Positions 29,094 through 42,562 are shown, numbered from the stretch's first letter. The stretch is 64,000 nucleotides of DNA from Octopus sinensis (GCF_006345805.1 NC_043011.1:46574464-46638463); one strand, 5' to 3'. A program made the numbers and translations. Notes: a model not told the origin generated them from the sequence alone.

Positions 29094-30538
29094 GGAGAGA
29101 GAGGAGGGGCGGGCTGAAAAGTAATAATCAATTTGTTTTTAATTAGAAGTCCATCAGAATGTTTTAATTTACCAACTTTCTCCAAGTGACTCATTAATTA
29201 ATTAATTACTTAATTAATTAACCAACCCAACTTAGTCTTCAGTTGTTATAATGATAATAATAATGATAATAATCTATGTGTGTAGGTTGTTATGTATAGT
29301 TATACAACTTAAATAATTAAAAAAATTTAACGATACCCTTGACTCTGCTCTCTTTTGGACCCTCTCTCTCTCTCCCTCTCTCATATCGTTTTTAGTAACA
29401 TTCCATCTCACCCCTTCTTGTTCTCATCTCATTACTCCTGACACTACTACTCATTGCCTCTATGAAAAATCATTCTCCACTTCCAGTTTTTTATTCTCTT
29501 AATCAACTTTTGCTTTTGTCCCCCCCCCCCCCCACCGTCTGCTCTCTTTCCCTCTCACACTTTTGGATTCTGTAATAATTTGCCTCTCCCTCTCTTCATC
29601 ATCTATTGTCTCTCACCAGTTCCCTCCACCACACCATCTACTCTCCCTTTCACTCACTGTCTTTACCATTTTTATCCCACCCCCTTACACATTGTCGTTT
29701 TTCATCTTTTTCTTCTCCCTCTCACCCCTACTGTCTTTATTACCAACCCCCACCCTACCTTCATCTCATCTACTCCCATACTTATTGTCTTTATCATCAC
29801 TTGTTTTCTCTCTATCTCCTTCACTCCTTCATCAACACCACCACCATCCTCCCCTATTCACTTATTTAGTTTTTCTTCCTTTCTTATTTCCATCTTGAGG
29901 AAAGGAAAGAGCCTTGACATGGATGCTCAACCTGCTAGAGATAACAGCTAAATTTAACACAAACCTCACACATTGTCTTATAAAAAAATTGCTGAGGATG
30001 CATTGGATAAATAGGCAGAATTGTCATGAGGCAGTGACTGACAGAATTGTTAAGACACTGGAGAAAATGCTTAGCAGCATTTCTTGTCTTTACATTCTGA
30101 GTTCAACTTCCACTGAGGTCAACTTTGCCTTTCATCCTTTCAGAGTAGATAAAATAAGTACCAGTTGAAAACTGGAGTCGACATAGTCAACTTACCTTCT
30201 CCTTTGAAATTACTGGCCTTGTGCCAAAATGTGATACCAATATGAGTGGTACTTGTTCGAAGCTGGCAGAATTACTTTGAATAGGTATTCAGAAACTGCC
30301 ATTGTTGTTTAGCCCCTGGTCAATCCCAGTTAAGCATCCCTATGAACAAAGGCATTACCTTCTTTGTACATCCCTCCTTTTTAAAGATATTTAGGATTAC
30401 ATTATTCAGTGAGCATTTCCCTTTTCTATAATGGCAAAGTGTGTCAAAGGAGATTTGGCTTCTATTTCTAATAGGCTCAGTAACCCTATAAATGTCCCCT
30501 TGTTGGAAAGTCTTAAGTATCAACCATATATATTGTTA

Positions 30539-30563
30539 CTAATCTCTTATATAAAATCTGTTC

Positions 30564-30600
<37 letters not shown>

Positions 30601-30760
30601 CTTCTAGGATCTCGGGCATCCTCCATCCGATTGTGTTCAAATTTGATACGTAGATACTGATGGTATCAGGGCGTGTATAAGTCTTGAAAAAATTACAAAA
30701 ATCGATTCCAGGTGAGAATGCGATCGATAAAGCCATGGGAAATCGTTTTTCTTTGGAATA
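30539..30760 (+). mobile_element. Non-autonomous Helitron/DINE-like fragment
   Basis: 5' ctaatctcttatataaaa, an internal (TG)n, then ccgattgtgttcaaatttg. Family assignment is from pattern memory. Confidence 0.35.
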
Positions 30761-31956
30761 GAAAAAAAGTCTAACTTTATTTCTTCTTTTGCTGGTGTCT
30801 CAAATTTATGGTAAATCAGTGTTTCTCAAAGGGGAGGCCTATGGGACGGTCGGACAAGTTGTTTTGAGAAAATTTGGTTTAAATATTTGACAACTCAGCA
30901 CCATCCATTGGACGAGGGTGGGGGCATTTTGCTCGTGTAGTTTAAGAACCAAACACCACTTTAAACCATAAAGACAGTTTAAAAGCACCTCTGTAAAGAC
31001 AGAAATGTTTTAAACCTGTATTTTTATAGAATTATAATTAGCTAGAACTATTAACCTCATCCTTAAGATACATCATCATTGTCATCATCATCATATTCAA
31101 CATCAGTTTTCCATGCTGGTATGGGTTGGATGGTTCGACAAGAGCTGGCAAATTAGAAAACTGGATCAAGCTTTGCTGTCTACTTTGGCATGGTTTTTAC
31201 AGCTAGATGCCCTTCCTAATGCCAACCACTTTATAGAGTGTGCATCTACAATATTTACACCTGCACTAAGTTTCAATCAGTTTGAATTTTTATCATTAGC
31301 AACTGTTTTACTTTCCGATGTAGACATGGTCTTAAATTGGATTTGAGCTTGATGTTTTCATTTATGAAATTTAATCACCATACTGGATCTGTCTATAGTT
31401 GACCCTGTTTCTTTATAATTCCTTCTGCCCCGTGACTAAGAAAGAGTTTTAGGAATGTTTGTGCATACTGAGTTTCACATAGAACAGTCTATATTGTACT
31501 GCTGTATACTTCTGCCATCACATCTAACTCATAATTATAACTAGGATAAAGATTTAATGGTGAGGAGGATGAACAACACAATAAGGGGATTGGATTTTGC
31601 AAGCCCATTAGACATGAATTCAATTCTAAACCAATAATCTCATTTGTCAATGTTAACCTTTCTTGGTGTAATGAATTGCTCCTGTTCTGATTAAGGTATC
31701 TATTTACAGCTGGGTGATCAGGGAAGTTTGAGAGATAACTGTTCTGGCCAAAGATACAATGCTGTAATATATGAAATGCTATCCTTTCAAGTTTTCTAGA
31801 AAGTTCTGCACTCAGCTATCAATATTTTCAGTCATCAAATTTATGTGTAGAAATCTCCAGAAGCTATGGGATTAGGTATCATTATTATGATTTTTTTTGA
31901 ATTCGTGTCCTCATCTTGGTTACTATGGATACGTTTCAGCTGTGTACCCTCTAAAC

Positions 31957-32357
31957 CCTCTTTTACTTGTTTCAGTCATTTGACTGTGGCCATGCTAGAG
32001 CATCACCTTTAGTCGAGCAAATCAACTCCAGGACTTATTCTTTGTAAGCCCAGTACTTATTCTATCAGTATCTTTTGCCGAACCGCTAAGTTACGGGGAC
32101 ATAAACGCACCAGCATCGGTTATCAAGCAATGTTGGGGGGGACAAACACAGACACACAAAAACACATACATACATATACATATATACATATATACGACGG
32201 GCGTCTTTCAGTTTCCATCTACAAAATCCACTCACAAGGCTTTGGTCGACCCAAGGCTGTAGTAGAAGACACTTGCCCAAGGTGCCACGCAGTGGGACTG
32301 AACCCAGAAACATGTGGTTGGTAAGCAAGCTACTTAGCACACAGCCACTCCTGCACC
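31957..32357 (-). mobile_element. SINE family A
   Basis: Full-length family alignment. Confidence 0.9.
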
Positions 32358-33384
32358 TATGGAATACTATAGACATTTGAAGAAGGATAGAGAGTATTGT
32401 TCAAAATATCGAGACTATAACAAGCAAAAGGAAGACATTTGATCCAATAAACTAGTGTTTAGTAATTCTCAGAATTGTTTTACAACTTTGAAGAGAAATT
32501 CTGACTGAATTTGCTAAATTGTTTCCTAAAACTTCTGTGTGGAAATATTAAATATGTTTCCATAAATGAAATTTATTCACTGTAAGTTGCTGTAAGGTAT
32601 CATAAACATTGTTGTCATAGATGTAGTAACCTTGGAAGTGAATTCTACACTTCTGCAAAGATTATTCTCTGATAATATTAAATGTCAAATATATTTCCCC
32701 AAGTATGCAGAAGAATCTTCAAAAAACAAAACAAAACAAAACAAAATGTGTATTAAGATCTGGTGGAAAGATAATTCATGCATTTTGACAGAAATAATTT
32801 TAATATATATATCTTCTGCAAATGTTCTACCCAAGTGTGGCTAAGAAGCCACATGACCATATCATGCTTTAATTAGAAAATATTGTTGCCTTGTATATTT
32901 CAGTTGTGTACAGACTTATCGGCAAGGCATTGCTTTAGCAAAGCATGCCATGATAGCGTATAAGAGTGCAGAAGAGAGTAGTGTGGTGTTACAAAGAGAA
33001 GAATAAGACACAAGACGGAAAAATAATAATCAATACAAGCTTGAGAAAATATTGATTCATTGGAAAGACCAAATACATTGCCACAGACACTTATATAAAT
33101 TCACACACACACACACACACACACAAATACATACCGTAGGAATTTTTTGTTCATTTTTATTGTTTTTGTTAATTTTACATTTTTCTTTATTTTCTTATTT
33201 ATATGTAAATATATATATATGCATTTTATCAGAGAAAAGGGTAAGAATTCAATCACCTTTAAAGAAAATGATATCCTATTTATTTCTCAAAGTTCACTTG
33301 ACATATATTTAAAAAAAAAAGAGGCAAAATGTTAAACTAAAATATGTGGCAATTTGCTAGCGTCAGTGAATTATCTGAAGAAAA

Positions 33385-33740
33385 GTGGCTGCGTGGTAAG
33401 AAGCTTGCTTACCAACCACATGGTTCCGGGTTCGGTCCCATTGTGTGGCCACTTGGGCAAGTGTCTTCGACTATAGCCTCGGGCTGATCAAAGCCTTGTG
33501 AGTGGATTTGGTAGACAGAAGCTAAAAGAAGCCAATTGTATGTGTGTGTGTGTGTGTGTGAATGCTTGTGTGTCTGTGTTTGTTCCCCACCATCGCTTGA
33601 CAACTGATGCTGGTGTGTTTACATCCCCGTAACATTAGCGGTTCGGCTTACAAAGAATAAGTTCTGTGGTTGATTTTTTCAACTAAAAGGCAGTGCTCCA
33701 GCATGGTCGCAGTGAACTGAATGAAACAAAGAAAAGAACA
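33385..33740 (+). mobile_element. SINE family A
   Basis: Family alignment with a small internal deletion. Confidence 0.85.
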
Positions 33741-33851
33741 AAAGAATACTAAGAACAAGGAAATTCCTCAGCGTATATATAGTTTTATTTTATTTTCTAT
33801 GGTAGATAAAATCTGTTACTCAATTTAACACCACCCTCTATTCCTAGGTAC

Positions 33852-33941
33852 CTTCAGCTGAGTATCCTTTGTTGCAAGCGTCCGGATCAGGCTCTTGATT
33901 TGAGAATAACATCCTCCATCCTTTTTCCAGTGTCAGAGAAC
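33852..33941 (-). other. Candidate 90-nt exon or pseudo-exon, product unknown
   Basis: acttttcag|G acceptor and AAG|GTACCT donor. The phase-1 frame is open (xSLTLEKGWRMLFSNQEPDPDACNKGYSAE). Weakly homologous to 35641-35710. Confidence 0.2.
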
Positions 33942-34049
33942 CTGAAAAGTGTTATAGGTCAGGTCTTCTTTCTGTGCTTAAAGTATTTAGAAAAATGCAA
34001 AGCAATGGATCAAGTTTACCATACAATGGTATATTCCAACCAAGAGGGT

Positions 34050-34373
34050 AAAGGCCCTCATCGGTCATGAATGACTATGGGACTGCACCTAGAAAGTTCC
34101 CCTCCAAGGCACAAGTCCAGGTAAGTTTGTTTATGGAAGACCAACAGTTGGCCAAGCATACCAGCCTCCCCTCTCCATGCCACTGATGTTATCCAAGGGA
34201 AAGGTAACGGCCGATACAGCTTGGCACTAGTGATGTTGCAACTCATTTCTACAGCTGAGTGAACTGGAGCAATGTGAAATAAAATGTCTTGCTTAAGAAC
34301 ACAACACACAGCCCGGTCTGGGAATCGAACTCACTATTTCAAATGCTCTAACCATTGAGCCATGTGCCTTCAC
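34050..34373 (-). mobile_element. tRNA-SINE, Meta-like family
   Basis: Reverse complement of 23575-23890. Confidence 0.7.
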
Positions 34374-34529
34374 TATTCCAACTAAATGTCTTTGAAAATG
34401 GTGAAGAACCCAAAATATGAGACAATTTAATTTCAGCATAGAGAAATCTGAGAGTTCCAAAATTCTGATGGTCTGAATCTTGAAGTAGTGGCTGTAATGT
34501 AGTTCTAATTGATTTACATAGTTATCTCA

Positions 34530-34640
34530 ACCTTACTATCTCCCCCTCTCTCTCTCTTACTATCTCCCCCTCTCTCTCTTACTATCCCCCCCTCTCCCTT
34601 CCTATCTCCCCCTTTCTCTCTTACTGTCTCCCTCTCTCAC
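34530..34640. repeat. ~23-bp pyrimidine-rich minisatellite
   Basis: cttactatctccccctctctctct repeated about 4-5 times. Confidence 0.8.
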
Positions 34641-36089
34641 TAACAAGCTACATGAAGAGTAAATTTTCCAATAACATGTTATAAAATCCGAAGGCTGGGA
34701 CATAAAGATTGCAGCAGTCACTTCTATGAAGTCCACTTGTCCATTATCAATGCAATAATCTTAGATAATATTTTGAGAAATATCCAATGCTTTCAATTGA
34801 TTTTCCTTTAATCCAATAATATATGAGTGAGAAAATTGTATGATTTATTGAGATGTTAAATAACATCTCCATGCTCGAGGACTGTGATGAAAGTTCTGGT
34901 GAAAACAGACATGTCATAATGTGATAGCAGAGATGGCAGAAATTTTTATGGTGTCAGACAAAATTTCTAGTCATATTTTATGGTCCTTTATGTCCTGCAT
35001 TTAAATCCAACTACTTTTTATTCTTTCAGGGTCAATATAATAAAGTACCAGTCAAACACACTAGAGGTAATTTATATATATTGCTATGAGACATCTGAGA
35101 TGTGAATAGAATTATAAGAGATGACTACCGGAGGTCTGGAGGTGTATGGCTTAGTGGTTAGGGTGCTGGACTCATGATTGTAAGGTTGTAGTTTCGATTC
35201 CTGAACCAGGTGATACATTGTGTTCTTGAGTAAAACACTCCATTTCTTGTCACCACAGTCCACTCAGCCGGTAAAAAACCAGTAATTCTGTGACAGACTG
35301 GTGTCCTGTCCTGGGAGGAATATATATTCTAGAGAAACTGGGAAACTAGCCCTATGCTCCTTATGGAATAATGGGGAAAAAACATTTGGATAAAGAACTA
35401 TATCTTTTGTCTAGCTCAAAGTCAGCCCTGATCAAGAAAATTAATAAACAATGATGTTCTAGCAGTGCTTATATAGTCATAATATATTTAAAATCATATT
35501 ACTCAATGTATCCTTCTGCTTTTATTATTATTATTATTATTTTTTTTTTTTTTATAATGGCAAATGTGATAAGTTTTTGTACTGATTAGTCAGAGACGCA
35601 AGGAATGTAAGGGTAATTCCTATGTCCTTGTGTTTTTCAGGGACTCTGAGAGATCTGGTAGGAAGAATGGACGAAATTATCCTCAGACTGAAGACATGGC
35701 CTGGACGCTCATTTTTAATTTTCACCATTAAGAATACTGACAGATTTGTTGGAAACCAGTTACCAATAATCTGCTACAGCTTTAAACTGTGCATCTGCCT
35801 CTATCTTATTATACATTTTTTTCTTAATTCAAATCATCTTCAAATTTCTGTTTTTTTCGTTTTAGCAAAATATTTTTTTCAAACGTTACTTTTGCAAATT
35901 GTTTTATGACAATTCTAGATGGTTACTCCACAAATGGAAATGTGTTGGACAATTTAGCACCTAATTCTGTTGTGCAATTTTTACAAGCAAACTTCACAAA
36001 TGCCAGTAAAAAAGTTCTGTGTGAATGTAGTCATAACATGCTATTATCTCAAAGATATTTTGAAGCTGTTATTTAAAGATAATACTACA

Positions 36090-36290
36090 AAATGTAAAAA
36101 GACAGTGTCTCTGTGAAGTAAAACACTTCTTAAAGAGAGAAAAAAATCTAAATAGATAATGTCTGCAGCATTTCAACTACCATTAAATTTTGCATGTGAG
36201 GTCTCAGAGACCTGTTCTATTTCATTAAATGGCGTTGGTGGTGAAGCAGCAATTCAGAGGTATCTATACTTTTGTGATATTTGCCCTACA
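36090..36290 (-). pseudogene. Possible highly decayed CR1-type LINE reverse-transcriptase remnant
   Basis: Minus frame NAADIIYLDF (36143-36172) matches the CR1 motif xAVDIIYLDF. An adjacent frame gives LLLHHQRHLMK*NRS, resembling the QHGFxxxRS motif. Many stops. Confidence 0.3.
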
Positions 36291-36911
36291 AAAGCCCTAT
36301 AAGGTGTAATATAAGGGTGTAATATATTGATCCAAACTGACATAAGTGGTTCAAATCCAGGAGTCCCGATAGCAGCATTGTTCCACAATCTTAATTCATT
36401 GCATTTTCTGATAACATTGCCAAAAATCAGAAAAAGATGACTTCAACACATAAGCGAACCAATCACTCTGCTGTGACCTTGGTAGCTGCATTATGAATAA
36501 TGTTGCAGTTGAATCAAGTTTTTTTTTTTATATCAGTGATTGGCAAAGATATAATAATCTGTTCAACTTTGGCTATAAACATAAATCATTGCCATCATTG
36601 AGTGAATCTTAATTCCTGTTTCTAATGTATATACCAATAATACAAACACTACCTGAGCATGGATAAATACACAGATCAAATATAAACCGGGATCAATTGG
36701 CGATTTGAAGTGGTCATATGTAGATGTGGTTCTACATACTGGCATTACATAGAAAAATATTGTACAGTGCGACATTCGATGAAGCTGTCAGTAACTATAA
36801 AATTTTTGAACCATACAAATAATATCAATCCATAGTAACTTGCAGTTTTTGTATTGTGTATGCTTTGTATTTCTTTGGTATTTTCTCAGTTAAAATATCC
36901 TCTCTCTCTTT

Positions 36912-37141
36912 TTACCCTTTACTCTTTTACTTGTTTCTGTCATTTGACTGTGGCCATGCTGGAGCACCGCCTTTAGTCGAGCAAATCGACCCCAGGACTT
37001 ATTCTTTGTAAGTCTAGTACTTATTCTATCGTTCTATTTTGTTGAACCACTAAGTTACGGGGACATAAACACACCAGCATCGGTTGTCAAGTGATGTTGC
37101 GGGGACAAACACAGACACACAAACATATACACATACGTGCA

Positions 37142-37173
<32 letters not shown>

Positions 37174-37345
37174 CATATATACGACAGGCTTCTTTCTGTT
37201 TCCGTCTACCAAATCCCCTCACAAAGATTTGATTGGCCCGAGGCTATAGTAGAAGACACTTGCCCAAGGTACCACACAGTGGGACTGAACCCAGAACCAT
37301 GTGGTTAGTAAGCAAGCTACTTACCACACAGCCACTCCTATGCCT
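36912..37345 (-). mobile_element. SINE family A
   Basis: Full-length family alignment. Confidence 0.9.
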
Positions 37346-38129
37346 AGGCTAAAAAAACTGCTTTAAAAATTTGGTTTAAATTTCTTTTTCAAAAAATATA
37401 TTTGTATGTTTGTATTCAGTATTTGCACAAACAGATGCCAAAAAATTGTCCAAATAAAAAACGGTTTTGGTTGTATGCATAATCTGAAACTTTCCCAACA
37501 GCACCTTGCTTACAAATTCTGGCATAAATAAATATAAATACTTCATTCAATCTTTCCCTTCTAAAACTGCTTTTGCCACTACATCTCTAATTCCCTTTCT
37601 CGATACAGTCTCTAAAATATATTGAAGTTGATGTAACCAAAATATATTGAAGCTGATGTAATTTAACAACCCTACCAGCCTAGGTGGACCAGTCCAGCAA
37701 AGAGGGTACTGTCTCTCTTCTTTGATGCTAAATAATTCTTTCTAATTTTGACACAAGGCCAGCAATTTTGATGTCGGGGGGGGGGGGGCAAGCCAGCTAC
37801 ATTGACCCCCAGTTTTGGGTTGGTACTTTATTTTATAAACCATTGAGGGATAAAAGGCAAAGTTAATCATGATGGGATTTGAGCTCTGAATGCATTGAAC
37901 CAAGACAAATACTGTAAAAAGAATTGAAGGAACTATTGAATAAGGAGTGGCTGTGTGGTAAGTAGCTTGCTTACCAACCACATGGTTCTGGGTTCAGTTC
38001 CACTGCATGGAACCTTGGGCAAGTGTCTTCTATTATAACCTCGGGCTGACCAAAGCTTTGTGAGTGGATTTGGTAGACGGAAAGTGAAAGAAGCCCGTCG
38101 TATATATATATATATGTGTATGTGTGTGT

Positions 38130-38280
38130 AGGGAGAGTTTACGAAAAAACAAAAGACGAAGACAGGTGGTGTACAAAACAAACAGATGTATTAGTATAAC
38201 GCTCAGAAATAGAAAAGTCTTTTACGTTTCGAGCCTATGCTCTTCTACAGAAAGGGACACAGAAAACAAGGAGAGAAACG
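38130..38280 (-). mobile_element. Second copy of the PLE-like hammerhead repeat, nested in a SINE
   Basis: Reverse complement reads ...gtcccttt-CTGTAGAA-GAGC(ATAG)GCTC-GAAAC-GTA-aaagactt...; the flanks align with 6990-7150. Confidence 0.6.
38217..38256 (-). ncRNA. Putative minimal type-I hammerhead ribozyme (variant core), copy 2
   Basis: Same architecture as 7019-7057, with a 4-bp stem I (cttt/aaag). In the core, stem II and stem III it differs only at N7 and one stem II loop base. Confidence 0.45.
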
Positions 38281-40301
38281 TGTATGTATATGTTTGTGTG
38301 TCTATGTTTGTCCCCTCAACATCACTTGACAACTGATGCTGGTGTATTTACGTCCCCCGTAACTTAGCAGTTCGGCAAAAGAGACTGAAAGAATAAGTAC
38401 TAGGCTTACAAAGAATAAGTCTTGGGGTTGATTTGCTCGACTAAAGGCGGTGCCCCAGCATGGCCACAGTCAAATGACTGAAACAAGTAAAAGAGTAAAG
38501 AGTAAGTGTAGATCCTTGATGTACAAAAAAAAACCCAGAATAGTTGAGACTGGACTTCTTTGATCACAGAATTGCTCAATCAAGAGTGACCTAGATTAAA
38601 CAACAACAACAACAACAACAACAACGTTGAAATATGTCTATAATAACTGATACAATATGGCCTCAACTAGAATGTTGATTCAATGTTGTTCTTATTTCTA
38701 CTGATGCAAATTTGTTTTTGTATAGATTTATAGATTCCCTGATTTGTAGCACCCTGAGGTATGGAATTTAAGCTTTTATTTTTTATTGATTCAAGACAAA
38801 ATTACTGCATCATCAGTTCCCTGCTTCATCCGCCCCTTTTATGTGTGTTTATGGAAAGGAATGTTTGACAGATGAACGAAATGAAACCCCAGTGGGTAGA
38901 GTGCATTGCCAATTAAACTGAAATAAACTTCTAAATGTTGGGCAGAAGTGTGTGGGGGGTGGGGTCTGTATTTTATTTTTTATTACTACATGTTCAGAAA
39001 TTTCAATTGCCATCTTATAAACTGACATTTATTTCTAACACTTAACATTTTGCTTTTCAATTTGTTTCTTATATTTATTACTTTTTTTTTTCCTTTGAGG
39101 ATTCTTTCATAATGTGAGTTTACAGCAATTTGCGGTGATTTATAGTCCTAGCCTAACTGACGATGGTTCATCTCTTACTGCCAGAATCACATTCTGTCTT
39201 TGGTAAAGAGTCTAAATTCCAAATGTGTCAGGTTCATTTAGCTGCAGATAGGTACCATAAGTGAGGACTGTTAAATGCATATGGTTAAGAAGTTCATTTT
39301 ATAACCACATGGTTCTGGATTTGATCTTCCTGTGCAGCACTTAGGAGAAGGGTTATCTAGTATAGTGTCAGGTCAATCAATGAGAGATATGGTTGCTGTT
39401 TCTAGCATCTTAAGTGGCCACTGACAATACATAAGTCAGATCCTTTGGTAATATTTGTAAAAATATTCCCATATTATCAAGTACCACAAAACTGACTATA
39501 TGTTGAAGGCTGTTTTCATTGATATGTATATTATACAATATCTATTACACACACTTTAAAACCCTTTAAGCAGAGAGGGAACAGTAGCATGCATAAGTGT
39601 TTATATTAGCAAGGGCTCCAAAACTTGCAGAAGGAAGGAAAGAGGTGATTCTCAAACCTAAGTGATTCTTGCAATAAACATATCAAAACCAAAATGTTTT
39701 CAGAGGCCCTAAAATACTATTGTGGATCTTTACTATTTTGTTGCATGGACCCCCAAAAGTCTGAGATGGACTCCAGTTAAGAATCACTGATTTAGATAGA
39801 GGTTTACATTCTCGTGTCATCTCTATCATGGCACCAACATTTTCTGCCAACTGTAGATCTTTTGTTTTTTAAAAAAAATTCAAACCAATCCAGTTCCATC
39901 ACATCCAGTCTGCAATGCGACACACGAAATTACTGCAGAGTCGAAAATAAGCTAAAAAACTATTTTCCCCATTCCAGGTACAAGAAAGAGAAATGAAGAA
40001 AAGAAAATATAAGAAAGAAAAAAAAGGAAGAATTAAGACAAAAAAAAACCCAACAAAATGATTAAAAATGAGCTGAAAGTTATTTGTATCTGGATTTAAA
40101 ATGGTAAAGTAATTGGGTTTAAGAGGTAGAAACATTCGGGGAGGAGGAGGAAGAAGAGGAGAAGATGATGGTGAGAAAGAGCATGATGATGATGATGACG
40201 ATGATGATGATAACATTAGAAGGCACTTCTGGAGGATAGAACGATGCATAAATTAGGTGGTGGCATGTTTCAGTAATGATGGTGTTAGTGGAGGAATTTT
40301 A

Positions 40302-40343
<42 letters not shown>

Positions 40344-40474
40344 AGATGAGGGATGGAGGTAGGTAGAGGGACAGAGAGGGATGGAGAAAGATATACACAC
40401 ACACATATGTGTATATGTGTGTATATATAGGTTTGTGTGTATATGAGTGTGTATATATATATATATATATAAAG

Positions 40475-40622
40475 AGAGAGAGAGAGAGAGAGAAAGAGAG
40501 GGTGAGAGAGAGGGGTGAAATACATGGTCAAAGGAGGAGGAAGAAGTTGTTGAGAAAATTGATTTGATGGATTAAAATATTGGGAAATAAGATGTGAGAT
40601 GGAATGAATGGGAATAAAGGTG

Positions 40623-40653
<31 letters not shown>

Positions 40654-40780
40654 AAGAGAGGGTGAGAGAGAGGGGTGAAATACATGGTCAAAGGAGGAGG
40701 AAGAAGTTGTTGAGAAAATTGATTTGATGGATTAAAATATTGGGAAATAAGATGTGAGATGGAATGAATGGGAATAAAGG

Positions 40781-40812
<32 letters not shown>
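40475..40812 (+). repeat. Direct tandem duplication, period 160 bp, bounded by (GA)n
   Basis: ggtgagagag at 40501 and 40661; the unique parts appear identical. Confidence 0.95.
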
Positions 40813-40816
<4 letters not shown>

Positions 40817-41414
40817 GAGAATGAAATGAAAAGACCGAGGGAAAGTCAGATAAAGGAGGGAGTGATAGATGGTTTGTTAATGGTTAGATAAAATAACTAG
40901 ATAGATAAATAGATAAACAGACAACTAGATAAACAGAGATAAAGAAGTGTTATAGAAAGAAATGTTCAAATTCTTCTATAAATGCTATGTAAATTATATA
41001 AATTATCTTCCTGATTCTTGATTCTTTCATACAAAAACATATAATAAGAGGCATTTACTGATATGCACCGATCAACAAACATGCACATTTTTGCACCGAG
41101 TAGCACTCACCGAACCCTACACGCACAAAGCAGCACTTACTGACACTTTTGCTATTACATACGTATATAAACATGATGGGGGCTCTCATGTTAGTTTTCA
41201 TGCTCGAGGGTTCAACTTTTCTCAGTCAAGTATCTAGAGCTTGTATCAATGGTGAGACATCAAACAAGCTTTAGATTTGTGAATAAAATCACAAATGGCA
41301 GTAAAACTGGAAAAAAAAAAAACTGGTGTCATTTTGGAATTGTATTTTCATTTCCCCATGTTTATTTTTTGTTTATGTAATCTTGAGAACTTAAGATCCT
41401 TATAATATTGTAGA

Positions 41415-41474
<60 letters not shown>

Positions 41475-41814
41475 ATATAATATATATATATATAATATAT
41501 ATATATATATTAATATATTAATATATATTAATAAGATGCAGCACAAATTTTTGTCAGTGAACAGGTCGTGGTCTTAAAGCGACGAAAATATTTTGACAAA
41601 TTAAACTTAAATGTTGAAGTGAATCGAATGGCTTTTGTGTGTTTCTTAAATGGCTTACAAACACCTTCCACGCTGCAATTGTTTTCGTTTCAGCACGGGA
41701 TCTCAGATCAAAGCACTTGCTATGCAGGTACATCTGTATCAATAGTATTTTATGCATTCCATCCAAGGATTATTATTATTACTATATACATACACACACA
41801 CACACACACACATG

Positions 41815-42360
41815 CAAGGGTGAGTGAAAAAGTAATGCCTTATTGTTTAGGACAGGTATAATTACCAACATGTATCATACGTTAAAATGAAGCTAGTCCT
41901 CTGTGGATCACATCCCTACTCCTCAACATAGTCATCGTTTCTCTCAATAGCAATGTTCCACCTTCAAATGAGAGCATGTATCCCTGCCCTCTAAAATTCT
42001 GTTGGCTGTTCTTTGAGCCAGTTCTTCATTACCTCCACTCAACAGATTTAGCACCTTCAGACTATCATCTCTTCGGTACCACGATAGAGGGTTTGAGAGG
42101 TAAACATTATTCCAGTGACAAGGAAGTGAAAACTGTAGTGAAAAACTGACTCAAAGAACAGTTAACAGAATTTTATGGGACAGGGATACATGCTCTCATT
42201 CGAAGGTGGAACATTGCTACTGAGAGAAACAATGACTATGTTGAGAAGAAGGGATGTGATCCACAGAGAACCAGCTTCATTTTGATGTATGATACATGTT
42301 CCTGTGCTGGTAATTATACCTGTCCTAAACAAAATGGCATTACTTTTTCACTCACCCTTG
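41815..42360 (+). mobile_element. Palindromic mariner-derived MITE (~546 bp, ~215-bp inverted arms, transposase 3' remnant)
   Basis: 41815-42031 is the reverse complement of 42136-42360. The + frame gives (S)TDLAPSDYHLFGTTIEGLRGKHYSSDKEVKTVVKN*LKEQLTEFYGTGIHALIRRWNIATERNNDYVEK, a mariner C-terminus with a YSPDLAPSDYHLF-like motif. TA follows the right end. Confidence 0.9.
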
Positions 42361-42440
42361 TATGTATGTATGTATGTATGTATGTATGTATGTATGTATG
42401 TATGTATGTATGTATGTATGTATGTATGTATGTATGTATG

Positions 42441-42471
<31 letters not shown>

Positions 42472-42562
42472 GTATGTATGTATGTATGTATGTATGTATG
42501 TATGTATGTATGTATGTATGTATGTACGTACGTATGTATGTATGTATGTATGTACGTATGTA
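42361..42562. repeat. (TATG)n array abutting the mariner right end
   Basis: Direct inspection. Confidence 0.98.

Larger units (their letters stand above)
37943..38483 (+). mobile_element. SINE family A with nested PLE-like fragment
   Basis: Both halves flank 38130-38280. Confidence 0.9.

Noticed and set aside
34640-34920. LKALDISQNII, an LRR-like peptide on the minus strand
   Set aside because: A single motif bracketed by stops; expected by chance.
36563-36775. Minus ORF with VFVLLVYTLETGIKIHSM resembling an ion-channel S2 helix
   Set aside because: No neighbouring S1/S3/S4 motifs or clear splice sites, and the surrounding frames are full of stops.
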